DNA from: Eledone cirrhosa
Lineage: Eukaryota
DNA: 64,000 nucleotides
NCBI GenBank assembly: GCA_964016885.1
Contig: OZ024762.1
Span: forward strand, 25,854,001 to 25,918,000
Direction: 5' to 3'
Below are positions 11,783-25,770 of the stretch, piece after piece. Position 1 is the first letter of the stretch. Every line of letters begins with the position of its first letter. The notes below the pieces were generated by a model that saw only the letters and a list, made by a program, of their open reading frames with translations, was not told the origin of the DNA and made no database searches. The position numbers and the translations under genes were made by a program.

Positions 11783-11826
<44 letters not shown>

Positions 11827-11881
11827 ACAAATATATATATATATATATATACATACATACATACACAGACTCGCACACACA

Positions 11882-11937
<56 letters not shown>

Positions 11938-12011
11938 AATAAAAACTCATATATATACACAAATACATACATACACACATACACACACACACATATATAT
12001 ATACACATATA

Positions 12012-12625
12012 AATTAGAATTGGTGCTCTGAAATAGAGATATATATATGAATGTATACATAGTGTATTTTGCAATACACTGTATGCTTAATTAAAAGCAT
12101 TTTGAAAACCATACGCTATTGTTTTAAAATAGTGACAATGTCACTTATTTAACTTTTCAGCAAACAGGGGAGATAAACTGACAGAGCTCTGTTTCGTACT
12201 TTTTGGTACTTATCAAAGCTCACTACTCCTCCTGTTTGCTGAAAATTATGTGTGTTGGATTCTTATAGAATTCCAGTAATAATCAGGAACTGATTATACA
12301 GAGCGGTCGCCGGTCCAGCAGAAATTGAAAATTAGAATTGGTGCTATGAAATAGCGATATATATATATGTATGAATGTACATATAGTGTATTTTACAAAC
12401 AGTGTACACTTATTTAAAAGCAGTTTGAAGAGCATACGCTATTGTTTGAAAATAGTGACAATGTCACTTATTTAAATTTTCAGCAAACAGGAGGGGTAGT
12501 GAGCTGTGTTAAGTACCAAAAAGTACGAAAAAGAGCTCTGTCAGTTTAGTTTATCTCCCTTGTTTGCTGAATATTTAATTAAGCATACAGTGTATTGCAA
12601 AATACACTATATATACATTCATACA
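12012..12625. mobile_element. Decayed relative of the 310-bp array (period ~320 bp) with degenerate HHRs and a terminal fold-back
   Basis: Shares caggaactg..agagcggt.gccggtcc.gcagaaatt..tgaaatagcgatatat with the 5229 monomer; HHR-like UUGAUAA..GAAA cagagctctg TC at 12176-12220 (-) inside a 15-bp IR. Confidence 0.7.
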
Positions 12626-12640
12626 CACACACACACACAC

Positions 12641-12784
<144 letters not shown>

Positions 12785-12891
12785 GTATACATACATATAT
12801 ATGTATACATACATATATACATATATACACATACACATACATATATATACATATATACGGACATACACATACATATACATATATATATATA

Positions 12892-13309
12892 ATATATAAG
12901 ATCAAAAGATGGTTAAATGAGATCCATGTATTTTATTACACGCATTTCAAAAACAAATATCATCATGTAATAACATTTGTGTTTTCATCAGATAAAATAG
13001 GAAGACATGATACGAAGGTTAAAAACACTTGTGGATAATGCAGTTTTAAATCAACATATGTTGATTTAAAACTGCACTATCCACAAGTGTTTTTAACCTT
13101 CATATCATGTCTTCCTATTTTATCTGATGAAAACACAAATGTTATTGCATGATGATATTTGTTTTTGAAATGCGCGTAATAAAATACATGGAACTCATTT
13201 AACCATCTTTTGATCTTATATATTATGTATACTCCAGTCCTACAAACTGTAGAGTGCTTCTTATCCGATATCTGCATTGCTTTATTGTACTACAATAAAA
13301 CTCACCTCC

Positions 13310-13315
<6 letters not shown>
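12892..13315. mobile_element. Family C fold-back with HHRs at 12931-12997 (-) and 13118-13184 (+)
   Basis: Near-perfect palindrome centred at ~13057 (aatcaacatatgttgatt); (TA)n on both sides. Confidence 0.85.
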
Positions 13316-13369
<54 letters not shown>

Positions 13370-13430
13370 CACATACATATATATACATATATATACGGAC
13401 ATACACATACATATATATATATATATATAT

Positions 13431-14340
13431 TTATTCAGGTTTGAGGTTCACCACTGTATAGAGCTGGTCTATTCCGTATGGTCAATCTTAATGTAATAAT
13501 ATGGAGAGTACTCAACGTAAAGCAGTTCAACCGTCTTTGTTTTTGTAGTTGGTGGTGCTAGTACGGAGTTAAATATTATAATGAAATGACAGGAGGCTGG
13601 ACTTGTGTAAATCCTTGAAAGGTTTATTATACTCTGATCATTTCAATGACCGGGTTCCGTATGAATCCGGTGATATCATCAGGTATTCGAAATATAATAA
13701 ATGAATGTAATAGATAAAATCCATGGGGCTGAAAATCAAAGACCGGATGACGACCGCCATCCAGCATCTTCCACCTTTGCCGGTCGCCCTTAAGTGATGG
13801 GGCTAAAGCTTATAGTGTGCTACTACCGGTCAAATAGAGGAAAACAGAAAGGGAGAGGAAGATAAGTCAGCGTTAATATCATGCCACAAGAGAAAAGAGA
13901 CAGAAAGAAGGGGGAAGAGAAGGAAGAAAAGGAAGAAGAAGAAAAGTCAGGGTTAATGTCGAGCTAAGGTATTTGAAAGTTTTTGTGAATGCAATTCGGG
14001 CAGTGTTCAGAAGGGTTTGTTCAATAGCAGGCCCTTTGCGAATAATATCTCGTAGCTTTCTGAGATACAAAGGTCGCGTGACTTGTGTCCTCCCTTGTAT
14101 GAGACGCGTTTTCTGGAGTATTTTCCATTTAAGCGTGATGGGGGTGGAGTCCTTTTGAGGTCCCAAACATAGGAGGCGAGTGTTGTCTGATTTGATCTGT
14201 CCGGTCTTCTGAAAATGTGATTAGGTGCATTAACCGCGTCTTAAAATTATTGGAAGTCATGCCGATGTAAGCCTTTTTTGTTGTTGCTATCATCGGTGCC
14301 TAAGATGACATCACATTTGTATACGATGTAATTTGTCAGC
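13431..14340 (-). mobile_element. PLE 3' fragment (Hydra-like GIY-YIG, decayed) with degenerate HHR at 13629-13686
   Basis: Minus-strand YIVYKCDV..KAYIGMTSNNFKTRL..ITLKWKIL..LLN; atac CUGAUGA..GAAA ugauca GA gtat. Confidence 0.75.
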
Positions 14341-14519
14341 TTTTAATGAACTCCCTTTTCTTTAAATCCTTCAACCAATGATCCACCCATCACAAACCCC
14401 ACCCTCTCCTACCACCAGAAAGGGAAATATATAAATACTACCACTTATTTGGATAGCCAGCTTCGTGATGATTTCTCACGAATGAAACATTTCTAGTCCT
14501 GTAGAAGCTCTTCTATATG

Positions 14520-14520
<1 letters not shown>
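14341..14520 (+). mobile_element. Family E pseudo-LTR fragment with HHR-like motif 14459-14509 (GUGAUGA)
   Basis: Reverse complement of ~3913-4090; helix I agcttc/gaagct. Confidence 0.65.
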
Positions 14521-14550
<30 letters not shown>

Positions 14551-14633
14551 ATATGTATATATATATATACATATATATATACTTATAGAAATATAGAAAG
14601 ATATATACATATGTCCACATACACACACAGACG

Positions 14634-14697
<64 letters not shown>

Positions 14698-14780
14698 GAT
14701 ATATAATATATATATATATTTATATATATATTTATATTTATACATAAATATATACATATATATATGCACAAACACACACA

Positions 14781-14852
<72 letters not shown>

Positions 14853-15105
14853 TATATACATACATACATACATACATACATACATACATACATACAGTTA
14901 TCTGTACATATAACTGTATGTATTAAAACTGACTTATTATTCATATTTTATCGTCAAGGTATCAAACAATCCTGTACCTGTCTTTCTATTGAAATTCTCT
15001 TAAAAAATAGTTTAATCTGACACGGCTTCCTCTATTAATTTTAATAGAGAAAATTATGAGCAATACAAGCATAATATCACATATATATATATATGTGTGT
15101 GTGTT

Positions 15106-15149
<44 letters not shown>

Positions 15150-15157
15150 TATGTATA

Positions 15158-15243
<86 letters not shown>

Positions 15244-15274
15244 CATATATATGTATATCTATTTATATATATAA

Positions 15275-15313
<39 letters not shown>

Positions 15314-15482
15314 CATATATATGTATATATCTATATATATATGTATATGTATATATCTATATACATATATATGTATATGTATATATCTCTATATATATCT
15401 ATCTATATATATATATCTATCTATATATATATATATCTATCTATATCTATATCTATATATCTATCTATATATATATCTATAT

Positions 15483-15642
<160 letters not shown>

Positions 15643-15883
15643 TAGATATACATATGTGTATTTAGAGATAGGTAGATATATAGATAGATAGATACATATA
15701 CACAAAAATCATATATATACATATATACATATATCTACATACATCCATCTTGCCAGCTTTCACACACTCTCTCTCTCTCTCTCTCTTCATGTGTGTTTGT
15801 CTAAGTATACCTAACCATCTCTCTAATTATATATATATATATACATGTATATATATGTACACCTATACATATATATATACACA

Positions 15884-16024
<141 letters not shown>

Positions 16025-16505
16025 GTATATATTGGTGGTGCCATTTTGATTTCTATAATTTATCGTATGTCTAATACCGTATTAAAATCTTTCTCGCAAG
16101 CAATTCTATGGCAATTTAAAAGGCCCATTTAAATAAAGCTGAAATGAAACGAAACCATTATCTGTTTTTATTTAATCCTGCCCGTATTTTTTGGATTTAA
16201 TATTTTGGATTCGCTTTGGATTAGATCATTTCCATTTCTTTACCGCATTGCATTAAAAAAAATATTTTTTCGTTTTCCGATTTTCGGTTTTCGTATTTCG
16301 TTTATTTTTAATCATTCTTTTTTTTTTTTTTTTTTTATATTTTTATTTTATTTTTATCTTATTTTCATCTTTATTTATTTCTGGATATGCAGTTGTTGGT
16401 CTTCCACCGATTTCGATGAAGATTTTTTTTCCAGTTGTTTTAACAGTAGTATGACTAGTGTGATTTTGGAATTAACGGGCAAGTGAGTGGCTGAGCATTC
16501 TAAAG

Positions 16506-16943
16506 TAGCGGTCGCCAACAGGTGGTCCGAGAGAAAAGTGTGGTAGCTCGCAGAAAAATGTGGACATTATTTGCAATTTTATGTTTCATTAATTATAAAA
16601 CAAAAAGGAGGTGGATTGGCAGTATCGGTAGAGGGTCGGACGCCATGCTTTCCAGCATAGATACGTCCCTTTACAGTCTGAGTTCGAATCCCGTCGAGGT
16701 TCACTTTGCCTTTCATCCTTACGGGGTCGATAAAATAAAGTACCAGTAATGCACTAAGTAATTGCTGGCCTTGTGCTAAAAGTAGAAACAATTATTTTAC
16801 ACATATGTATCATTTATTGACAATATGACACACGTACGCTTCAGTATTGTTTCGACCATTGACCATTAGTTCACATTAGTGGTCTGCAGGATTTAAAATT
16901 ATTAATTCAGTGGTCCGTGAGATCCGAAATGTTGGCACCACCG
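16506..16943. mobile_element. hAT-like MITE with 8-bp TSD TTCTAAAG
   Basis: Imperfect TIRs tagcggtcgccaaca / tgttggcaccaccg; TSD at 16498-16505 and 16944-16951; the duplicated upstream flank reaches the same 8-mer at ~17255 without the insert. Confidence 0.7.
16607..16790 (+). mobile_element. tRNA-derived SINE (Meta-domain-like), nested in the MITE
   Basis: A box TGGCAGTATCGG, B box GTTCGAATCC, core gcctttcatccttacggggtcgataaaataaagtacc. Confidence 0.85.
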
Positions 16944-17299
16944 TTCTAAAGGAATATATAACTTTGATAGGTTTCGGCCAGTATTGGCCCAGGCCATTTC
17001 TAACTTAATAGCACCACCTGATAAAGATTGCTATTTATTTGCTGCATTACAATTTAAAAAAATATATTTTTTCGTTTTTCGTTTATTTTTAATCCATTCT
17101 TTTTTAAATTTTATTTTTATATTATTTTTATCTTTATTTTATTTCTGGGTGTGCTGTTGCTGGACTTACACCGTTTTCGATGAAGATTTTTCCAGATGTT
17201 TTAACACCAGAATAGCGTGATTGTAAAATTAACGGGCAAGTGAGTGGCTGAGCATTCTAAAGTATTATATTATTGCTATTTTTTTACTGCATTGCTGAG

Positions 17300-17529
17300 A
17301 ATTCCACAAACACGTGTGCGCTTGACGTAGTTCTCAGGGAGATTCAGCGTGACACAGAATATGACAAGACTAGAGATTCGAGTTACAAGTACAACTCATT
17401 TTTGCCAGCTGAGTGTACTGGACCAACGTGAAATAGAGTGCTGAAGGACACAACGCGCCGCCGGGAATCGAACTCACGACATTACGTTTGAGAGCCGAAT
17501 ATCTTAACCATTAAGCCACACGTCTTCAC
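17300..17529 (-). mobile_element. tRNA-derived SINE, second family (CORE-like)
   Basis: tggcttaatggttaag..gagttcgattccc head then tgtgtcctt..atttcacgttg; relatives at ~19435-19700 and ~36030-36243. Confidence 0.7.
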
Positions 17530-17724
17530 ATGATCAGGTATAACCCGGGGCTAAACAACATCAGTAATTACAGCGTTGTATCAACTACGTGATACGGCGT
17601 CAACATTTTTGATGTATTGACCAAACTGACACAATCCCTGAAAAGCTTATTGATCGATGCTATTGATCAGTGGGATAGGAACAGTGAATTTCTGTTTTGA
17701 CTGATAAAATGACAAGTCAGTCAA

Positions 17725-18020
17725 TCATATTGATGGCCTCCCCAGAGCCCCGGCGGACAGAATGGAAAAGGCGTTTCCTCGGAGGACGGCAAGGGAGACG
17801 CGCTGGAAGAGCCATTCCAACTCGCGAGGCTCACACCTGCGGCTGGCCAGCTCAGCGCCTATGGTGGTGAGTAGTGAGGTAGCCCTAGGGCCGAGAACAC
17901 CAGAAGTCTCCACTGCCAAGGGTACGACCGCAAACCTGTCGGAAAGCGACCGGTATTTGAAGAGTTTGGCCTCCTCACTCAGCCCGACGTGCAGCAGAAC
18001 CTGGGTTAGTCGCAGGTTGA
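17725..18020 (-). mobile_element. CRE-like non-LTR retrotransposon 3' fragment
   Basis: KYRSL..FAVVPLAVETSGVLG..LFQRVSLAVLRGNA; homologous to 23575-23860. Confidence 0.8.
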
Positions 18021-18059
18021 TCAGTTGATCAGTTAAAGATGCTTTAAACAATAATGAGA

Positions 18060-19400
18060 TACCGGTTAGAACATTCATACAGCTCAAGAGGAGGTGAACA
18101 CTTTGATGAACAACGATGGTTAGCTGATTGAAATAGCTCAAGACTAGTTGAATTGGAATAACACTAATTCATTCATTAAATACATAAAGATGATTTGAAT
18201 CATAAAAGATCTACCAACCTCAAAAGACCCAAATGGGGAGTACCATGAAAACAGTGCCACAAAACGGGGAGAAATTAGGCAAAATGGGGAGATTTTATAT
18301 AATGAAAGCTATATCCATTTTCACAAGAGAAGACATCTGTCACCCACCCCAAAGTGGGAGGGAGATCTCCCCGTTGGACGGGGACAGTTGAAGGGCTGAT
18401 ATACTGGTTCGAATATTAAACAGCTCAAGAGGGGATGAACACTTTGACGATGGCTTGCTGATCGGATAGCTCAAGACTAGTTGAATTTGAAAAACACTAA
18501 ATAAACAAAAAAAGATGATTTGAATGACAATAAAAAACCTGTCAACTCTCCCGTAGGAAGGCGAAATCTACCACCCACTTTGAGGTGGGTGACAGATGTC
18601 TTCTCTTGTGAAAACGGGTATAGCAAAGAGTCATTGAATCAGAAATGTGTAAAATATTTTGGTATTTTCCAATACAGACTGACTAAAACTTAAAGTACAA
18701 TAAACCAGACATATCAATGACAGACTTATCAACTCTCCTTATCCGACAAGGTGATCTCCCAGAGTGAGATATGTCTTCTCTCGTGAAAATGAGTATAGCT
18801 TTCATTATGTAGAATTTCCTCATTTTGCCACATTTCTCCCCGTTTTGAGGCACTTTTTTGCATGGTACTCCCCGTTTGGGATTTTTACAGGTTGGCAGGT
18901 CTGCAATAAACAGGTAAATATTATTTGACCAACAATGTACTGATTCGAACATTAAAAAGGGATCAAGGGGAGATTAACGATTTCATGATAGCCAGCTCAT
19001 TTAATAGCTCAAGTTGATCTGAATGGGATCGCAGTAATTTATTTATTAAACAGGTAAAGCTGATTGGATGATAATATAATAACTCGAAAAGCTCAGAAGG
19101 AGTGAAATATTTTCATGAAGGCCAGGTCATTGACTAGCGCAAGACAATTTGAAAAGGATCACACTAAATCTTTATTAAATAGATAAAGATGATTTGAAGA
19201 GCAATATAATGATTCGCTCAAGATGAGTGATATATTTTCATGAAAATCAGGTCATTGACTAACAAGAGACAAGTTGAATAGGATAACACTGAATAATGTA
19301 TTAAATAGATAAACATTATTTGAACTATATACTGATTCCTACATTGAACAGCTCAAGAAGTGTTGAACAAATTCGTGATGACTCGATTATTAAATAGAAA
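18060..19400. repeat. Degenerate ~120-130 bp tandem repeat interrupted by MITE-like inserts
   Basis: Recurring cagctcaaga..tagctcaaga..gttgaa..acactaa..attaaa..aaagatgatttgaa at ~18070, 18410, 18950, 19090, 19215, 19345. Confidence 0.6.
18721..18903. mobile_element. ~185-bp MITE-like element; relatives at 18207-18400, 18535-18625, 54232-54405
   Basis: Termini cagacttatcaact / aggttggcaggtctg; shared internal aatgaaagctata..ttttcac.agagaagacat. Confidence 0.6.
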
Positions 19401-19434
19401 GGGTCAAGCTAATCTGGATCTAAAGTCTGTCTTA

Positions 19435-19700
19435 AACCATTTAAAGCTGGTTAGGCCGGTGCTTATCTTGGTTTCATGGCGTTAAGCGACTGAGAGTACA
19501 AGACTACCCCTGGTTAGGACGCAGTCCATCACAGGTTTGAACCCCGAGCTACTGCTGGTACGCATTTTCAGTTGAGTATAGTGGAACAATGTGAAATGAA
19601 ATGTTTTCCTCAAGAACACAGCACGCAACTCAGACCAGGATTCGAGGCCACAGCATTATGATCGTAAATCCAACACCCACACCACTAGGCCACGCGCCTC
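19435..19700 (-). mobile_element. CORE-like tRNA SINE, with partial duplication of the head at 19745-19822
   Basis: gcgcgtggcctagtggt head; similarity to 17300-17529. Confidence 0.6.
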
Positions 19701-20104
19701 TACATTTATTATTTACTAAACAGAAAAAAGATTATTTGAACAACGTCACGCAACTCAGCCCAGGTTTCGAGCCCACAGCATTATGATCGTAAATCCAACA
19801 CCCACACCACTAGGCCACGTGTTTCAACATTTATTATTTATTAAACAGAAAAAAAGATGATTTGAACGACGCCACATTGCCAGCCTAACATTGAGCAGAT
19901 CAAGACCAGTTAAATACTTACACGAAAGACGAGTTGAGCGAGGCCATATAGACTTCATCATTGAATGGCACAAACACGTCCCTTTAAGACAACGTTCGTC
20001 AAGTATTTTCGACATGAGCAGACAAACTGATTTAAACTTCAATATATCCGTAAAAACCCATTATGAACATGCCACAATAAACTAAATGTACCGCGTTTAC
20101 CCTA

Positions 20105-20256
<152 letters not shown>

Positions 20257-20269
20257 GTATATATATATA

Positions 20270-20304
<35 letters not shown>

Positions 20305-20316
20305 TGTACATATATG

Positions 20317-20347
<31 letters not shown>

Positions 20348-20349
20348 AC

Positions 20350-20391
<42 letters not shown>

Positions 20392-20604
20392 TATATGTAT
20401 GTGTGTATGTGTGTGTGTATGTGTGAGTGCGTATGTAAGTGTGTGATGTTTCCATATATGAACATATAATAAAAAATAAATATACGAAATAGTATTTAGT
20501 GGATAAAGTAACTTCATGTGATCCATTTCCAATTTTGAAAGAGTATAATTCATAAAAAATAAGTAATCAATTCACGCACACACACAACAAACATACGTAC
20601 TTAT

Positions 20605-20720
<116 letters not shown>

Positions 20721-20723
20721 TAC

Positions 20724-20838
<115 letters not shown>

Positions 20839-20995
20839 AAGGTAACATATTTCTAGTCTATTAGTTTCCAAAATGAAAATAAAACGTTGAATTTTAAAAA
20901 GCTTATGTCATCATCCGATTATATACAATGGTAAGGTTTTTCTCCCCTCTTTACATATAAACAGATATATATATATGTATATATATATATTTGTA

Positions 20996-21073
<78 letters not shown>

Positions 21074-21299
21074 TAAAACTATATATATATGTGTGTGTAT
21101 ATATATTGTGTATATATATATATGTATATATATATATAAATATTTATATATATACATATATATATGCATGCATAGCTACACATGAATTTCTAAAGCTAAT
21201 GCATGTTTATAAGGTTACTTAAGATATTACGATTTCTTCCTGCTTAGAAAAAATATTCTCAGAGAAATGTTCTTTACTACAGAAGAATTTCTTAAGAAT

Positions 21300-21339
21300 A
21301 AGATCATTATTATTATCGTTATTATTACTATCATTATTA

Positions 21340-21394
<55 letters not shown>

Positions 21395-21409
21395 AGTTAT
21401 TGTTATTAC

Positions 21410-21443
<34 letters not shown>

Positions 21444-21450
21444 GCTATTA
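21300..21450. repeat. (ATT)n microsatellite
   Basis: Direct reading. Confidence 0.95.
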
Positions 21451-21696
21451 CTTTTATAAGTAAAACGATATAAAGACCATTGTGGCTTATTAGCATTCCG
21501 CTCCCTATTTTATTTAGCTTCGGTTCGGTTTATGTCATTTTTTTTTCTTAAATATAAAGATTTCTTATTTCTTTGGTGTATTTAATGCCTCCATGCTATC
21601 CTATACAGAAAGTACTTGGCCTTTACGTTTTTTTCTACCTCACCGTATATATCCAATTTATATTCTTTTCAACATTTATAAATATATATATATACA

Positions 21697-21780
<84 letters not shown>

Positions 21781-21784
21781 CATA

Positions 21785-21828
<44 letters not shown>

Positions 21829-21832
21829 CATA

Positions 21833-21864
<32 letters not shown>

Positions 21865-21865
21865 C

Positions 21866-21918
<53 letters not shown>

Positions 21919-21922
21919 CATA

Positions 21923-21956
<34 letters not shown>

Positions 21957-22063
21957 CTATAATATACATATTATATTTTGACATTTCTTTTCATATTATT
22001 CAGATGGCGTTTTTACATAAATCTACATGTATACAATTATGTGTGTATATCTATACACACACA

Positions 22064-22105
<42 letters not shown>

Positions 22106-22341
22106 ATATATATAAACAGATATATGGATAATGCAAAAATACGAAATATTTTTAATCGGTATATTAAAAAGAGGCTTATACATAAAGATGTATGTATGTG
22201 TGTGTGTATATATGTATGTAATATATACACTGTTTGCATATATATTTATATAAATATTTGTCCCCTTTCGATGTAACTTTATCTGAAGCCGTGTATATGT
22301 ACCCTCTCTCTCCCTCTCTCTCTCTCTCTCCCTCTCTCTCG

Positions 22342-22471
<130 letters not shown>

Positions 22472-22658
22472 ATGTGTGTAGTGTGTGCGTGTATATATAC
22501 ATATATTTATTTAATTATATATATGTATTTATATATATACATATAATTATATATATATATTATACATATAATTATATATATATATATACATATAATTATA
22601 TATATGTATTTATATATATATATATATATATACATATATATATAATTATATATATGTT

Positions 22659-22801
<143 letters not shown>

Positions 22802-22859
22802 GTATCTATATCTATATATATATTTATATATACATATACATACATATTTATATATAAAC

Positions 22860-23477
22860 ATACATGTGTTCGAATCGTAAGGACTAAAATTTGCTAGGGT
22901 GAAAAAATACTAAGTACAGCAATATAGTTTCTTATCCTTAACATTAAATATTAAAATAACAAAAATTAAGAAAAATAACAGACCTATATTCGGCAAAAAT
23001 GCCTGGTAACAACTAGACAGTGTTGGAGACTGTTTCGCAACGACTTATTACGTTTCTCAGTAGTTGTTTGAGAAATTAGTGATCCTTTCACTTCTAAAAA
23101 TATTAGAGAATGAGTTGTGTACGATATGAATTATCACGTCATTCGGAACCCAGCTTGTCTCGAAATTCCCTGCCGCCAAAAGTATCTTTTTTCTTAGAGC
23201 TATTTAATTGTAAGGGACTACACTGAATTCTTAACTCAATATATATTTGTCGGCTCCATCATGTAGAGCTAATTTTTATTGTCCTGTCAGCAAGGCTGCT
23301 AATTTTAGCGGCTGGGAATTTCGAGACAAGCTGGGTTCCGAATGACACGTGCGATAATTCATATCGTACACAATTCATTCTCTAATATTCTTTAATAAGA
23401 AGTAAAAGGTTCACTAATTTCTCAACATCTACTGAGGAGCAGAGAAACGTGAGAACTTCACTTAATAAGTCGTTGCG
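22860..23477. mobile_element. Fold-back element (arms ~23036-23180 / 23305-23477) with a reconstructable HHR at 23008-23068 (-)
   Basis: aacaacta CTGA..tgc GAAA cagt ctccaac actg TC tagttgtt; the right arm supplies the intact CTGAGGA gca..tgc. Confidence 0.7.
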
Positions 23478-23547
23478 TTTTCATCCATTCCATGAAATTT
23501 GGTAAACTTCCTAACTTTATTGTTTCAAATTCCTGTTTCTTCTACAA

Positions 23548-24790
23548 CTACAACGGTACGCGATGAGTCCCACCCACAGGCCCGGCGGACATAATGGCGA
23601 AGGCGTTTCCCCGGAGGACGGTGATGGAGATGCGCTGGAAGAGACACTCCAGCTCGCGGGGCTGACACCTGCGGCTGGCCAGCTCTGCGTCTATGGTGGT
23701 GAGTAAGGAGGGAGCACTGGGGCCGAGGACACCAGAAGTATCCACTGCCAGGGCTACGACCGCAAACCTGTCGCAGAGCGACCGGTATTTGAGGAACTTG
23801 GCCCCCTCAGCCCGACGTGCAGCAGAACCCGGGTCAGTCGCAGACTGCACCAGGTTGCGGCTGCAGAAATTGTCGATGCAAGTGGTATCCCAGACGAGGA
23901 GTTTGCCACCGTGGAACGGGAAGATGGTCATGCCATCTGGCCTTTTGCCGACCCCTCAATCCAGCCCCACCGGCTCGAGCTGGGAAGGGAAGCCTGCAGC
24001 GTCCAAACCATGCTTAATGACCTCGTTGAGGGCAGCATGGCGTGGAATACGGCCGGCACTGTGGCGACAGGAAAGCTGGTGGAGGCCGAAAGTGTCCATG
24101 GTGGAACCGCAGCGACATGGGTGTGGCTGGCAGATCCGGAGGCCGAGCCTCAGGGAAACGCAAATGCGCAGGCTATGGTTGTCTAGCTGCGTGCCATTGG
24201 AGAAGGAAGGCAGGGCATAGAGCCAGGCACCACTGTGGGGTTTGGAGGCTGCACGAAAACAAGCAAGGCGGTGCTGGTCGAGCTGGTGCGTGAGCCTGTC
24301 TGAGGCCAGGCTGCACTGGATGGCATCCCAAGTGAGTTGGGGACTTGATGTCAACAGGGGGAGAAGGAGGAGGGACGTCTACTGGGCTAAGTCCCAGCCT
24401 GTCCCACGTCTCACAGGCGGCCTCACGTTCTCTGAACACAGAGGGTTCTTTTGTGTTTTGAAGAACCCTGCTGACAAGGACGCGGCACGAGGTTACCGAC
24501 GAAAGATACGCCGGCAAAGCTAGTGAGATCGGGGACCAGAGGCCAAGGCCGCCATACCTGACAGGTAAAGTGGCCTGTTGATACCCTATGTCGTCAAACT
24601 TGGCGTTGCATATCTCCTCGGCTGCTGCTCGGATACAAGTATCGTGGTCAGCGAGGAGAGATGTCTAGCTGTAGCACGGAGCGTTGCGGTGTGTATGGAG
24701 GAGCTTCGGCATGGCGAAGCAGTTACTCAGCAGAAAGAGGGCTTGATGGCCGTCAATCAAGCCTAGTCGGCTGCGTGAGAGTCTGGGGCT
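23548..24790 (-). mobile_element. CRE-clade non-LTR retrotransposon, 5'-truncated (zinc knuckle plus restriction-like endonuclease), inactivated
   Basis: SGAWL.ALP..LRLG..CRC..HQLSC..RH..LN..RPDG..VWDTT..KY..QRIS..RGNA; in-frame stop at ~23956; GC-rich. Confidence 0.85.
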
Positions 24791-24811
24791 TATTAAATGT
24801 TAAATGTTAAT

Positions 24812-24850
24812 TGAACAAGTACTTTCACGCTTTCGCAATCTTCAGGTTTA
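24812..24850 (-). ncRNA. Minimal type I hammerhead ribozyme in the PLE 3' pseudo-LTR
   Basis: taaac CTGAAGA ttgc gaaa gcgt GAAA gtac TT gttca. Confidence 0.75.
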
Positions 24851-25584
24851 TATTCACTGGTGACAGTCAAGTTTGCAATTTTCAACTGAGATGGCTAAAA
24901 ACTGTGCCTTATATACAGTAAAAAGGGGCTACAGAATGCTATATTTAGCCAACTGTATTTCGACCAATCGGTGTGTGGTTTCATTAGAATACTAAAGCTG
25001 ATTGGTTTAGGCGCCAGGGTTGGTTGAGAATGTCTAACGACTTCTATTTGACCCTATCCAAAGCATAAATTTTTTGCTATTTTTAGAAATGATGAAAATA
25101 GCGTTTTCTAGGGTTTTTATAAAAGAATTTTCAGTAATCATCAACATCAACATCACTGGTATTATTATTATTGTTGTTGTTGTTGTTAGTGGTGGTAGTC
25201 GACATGGTCGTAGGCGTAGTGATAGTAGAAGTAATACGCCTAAGCATTATTATTGTTCATTTAGCTTGGGTTGGAATTTATCAATAAAATTCTTTTCTTT
25301 AATTTTTCTCTTGATTTCACTTGGGCTGTGTAGTTTGTAGAATGGAAATATTATAAATATTTTCTGACCACATGTTGCTAGATGGTTACTCAGAGGTATC
25401 TGGCGGACATTTGGGTCTCTGATTTGCTGTCGTTGCCCCCGAGCACGTTCCGATAGTTCATTTCCAGTTTGACCGATATATAGTTCTTCATAATTCGGGC
25501 ATTTAATGCAGTAAATTAGATTTCTGCTTTTGCAGTTCATATTTGCATTTTTGAATATTGTTCCAGTTTTTGTGTTCATATATT

Positions 25585-25770
25585 TGTTTCTACTTTAGGC
25601 ACAAGGCCAGCAATTACCCAGTGCATTACTGGTACTTTATTTTATCGACCCCGTAAGGATGAAAGGCAAAGTCAACCTCGGCGGGATTTGAACTCAGATC
25701 GTAAAGGGACGTAACTATGCTTGAAAGCATGGCGTCCGACCCTCTACCGATACTGCCAATCCACCGCCCT
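25585..25770 (-). mobile_element. Meta-like tRNA SINE inserted in the PLE ORF, 19-bp TSD
   Basis: TSD gtttttgtgttcatatatt at 25566-25584 and 25771-25789. Confidence 0.92.

Noticed and set aside
16607-16695. tRNA genes
   Set aside because: A/B boxes belong to SINE heads; no complete cloverleaf, and family bodies and TSDs are present
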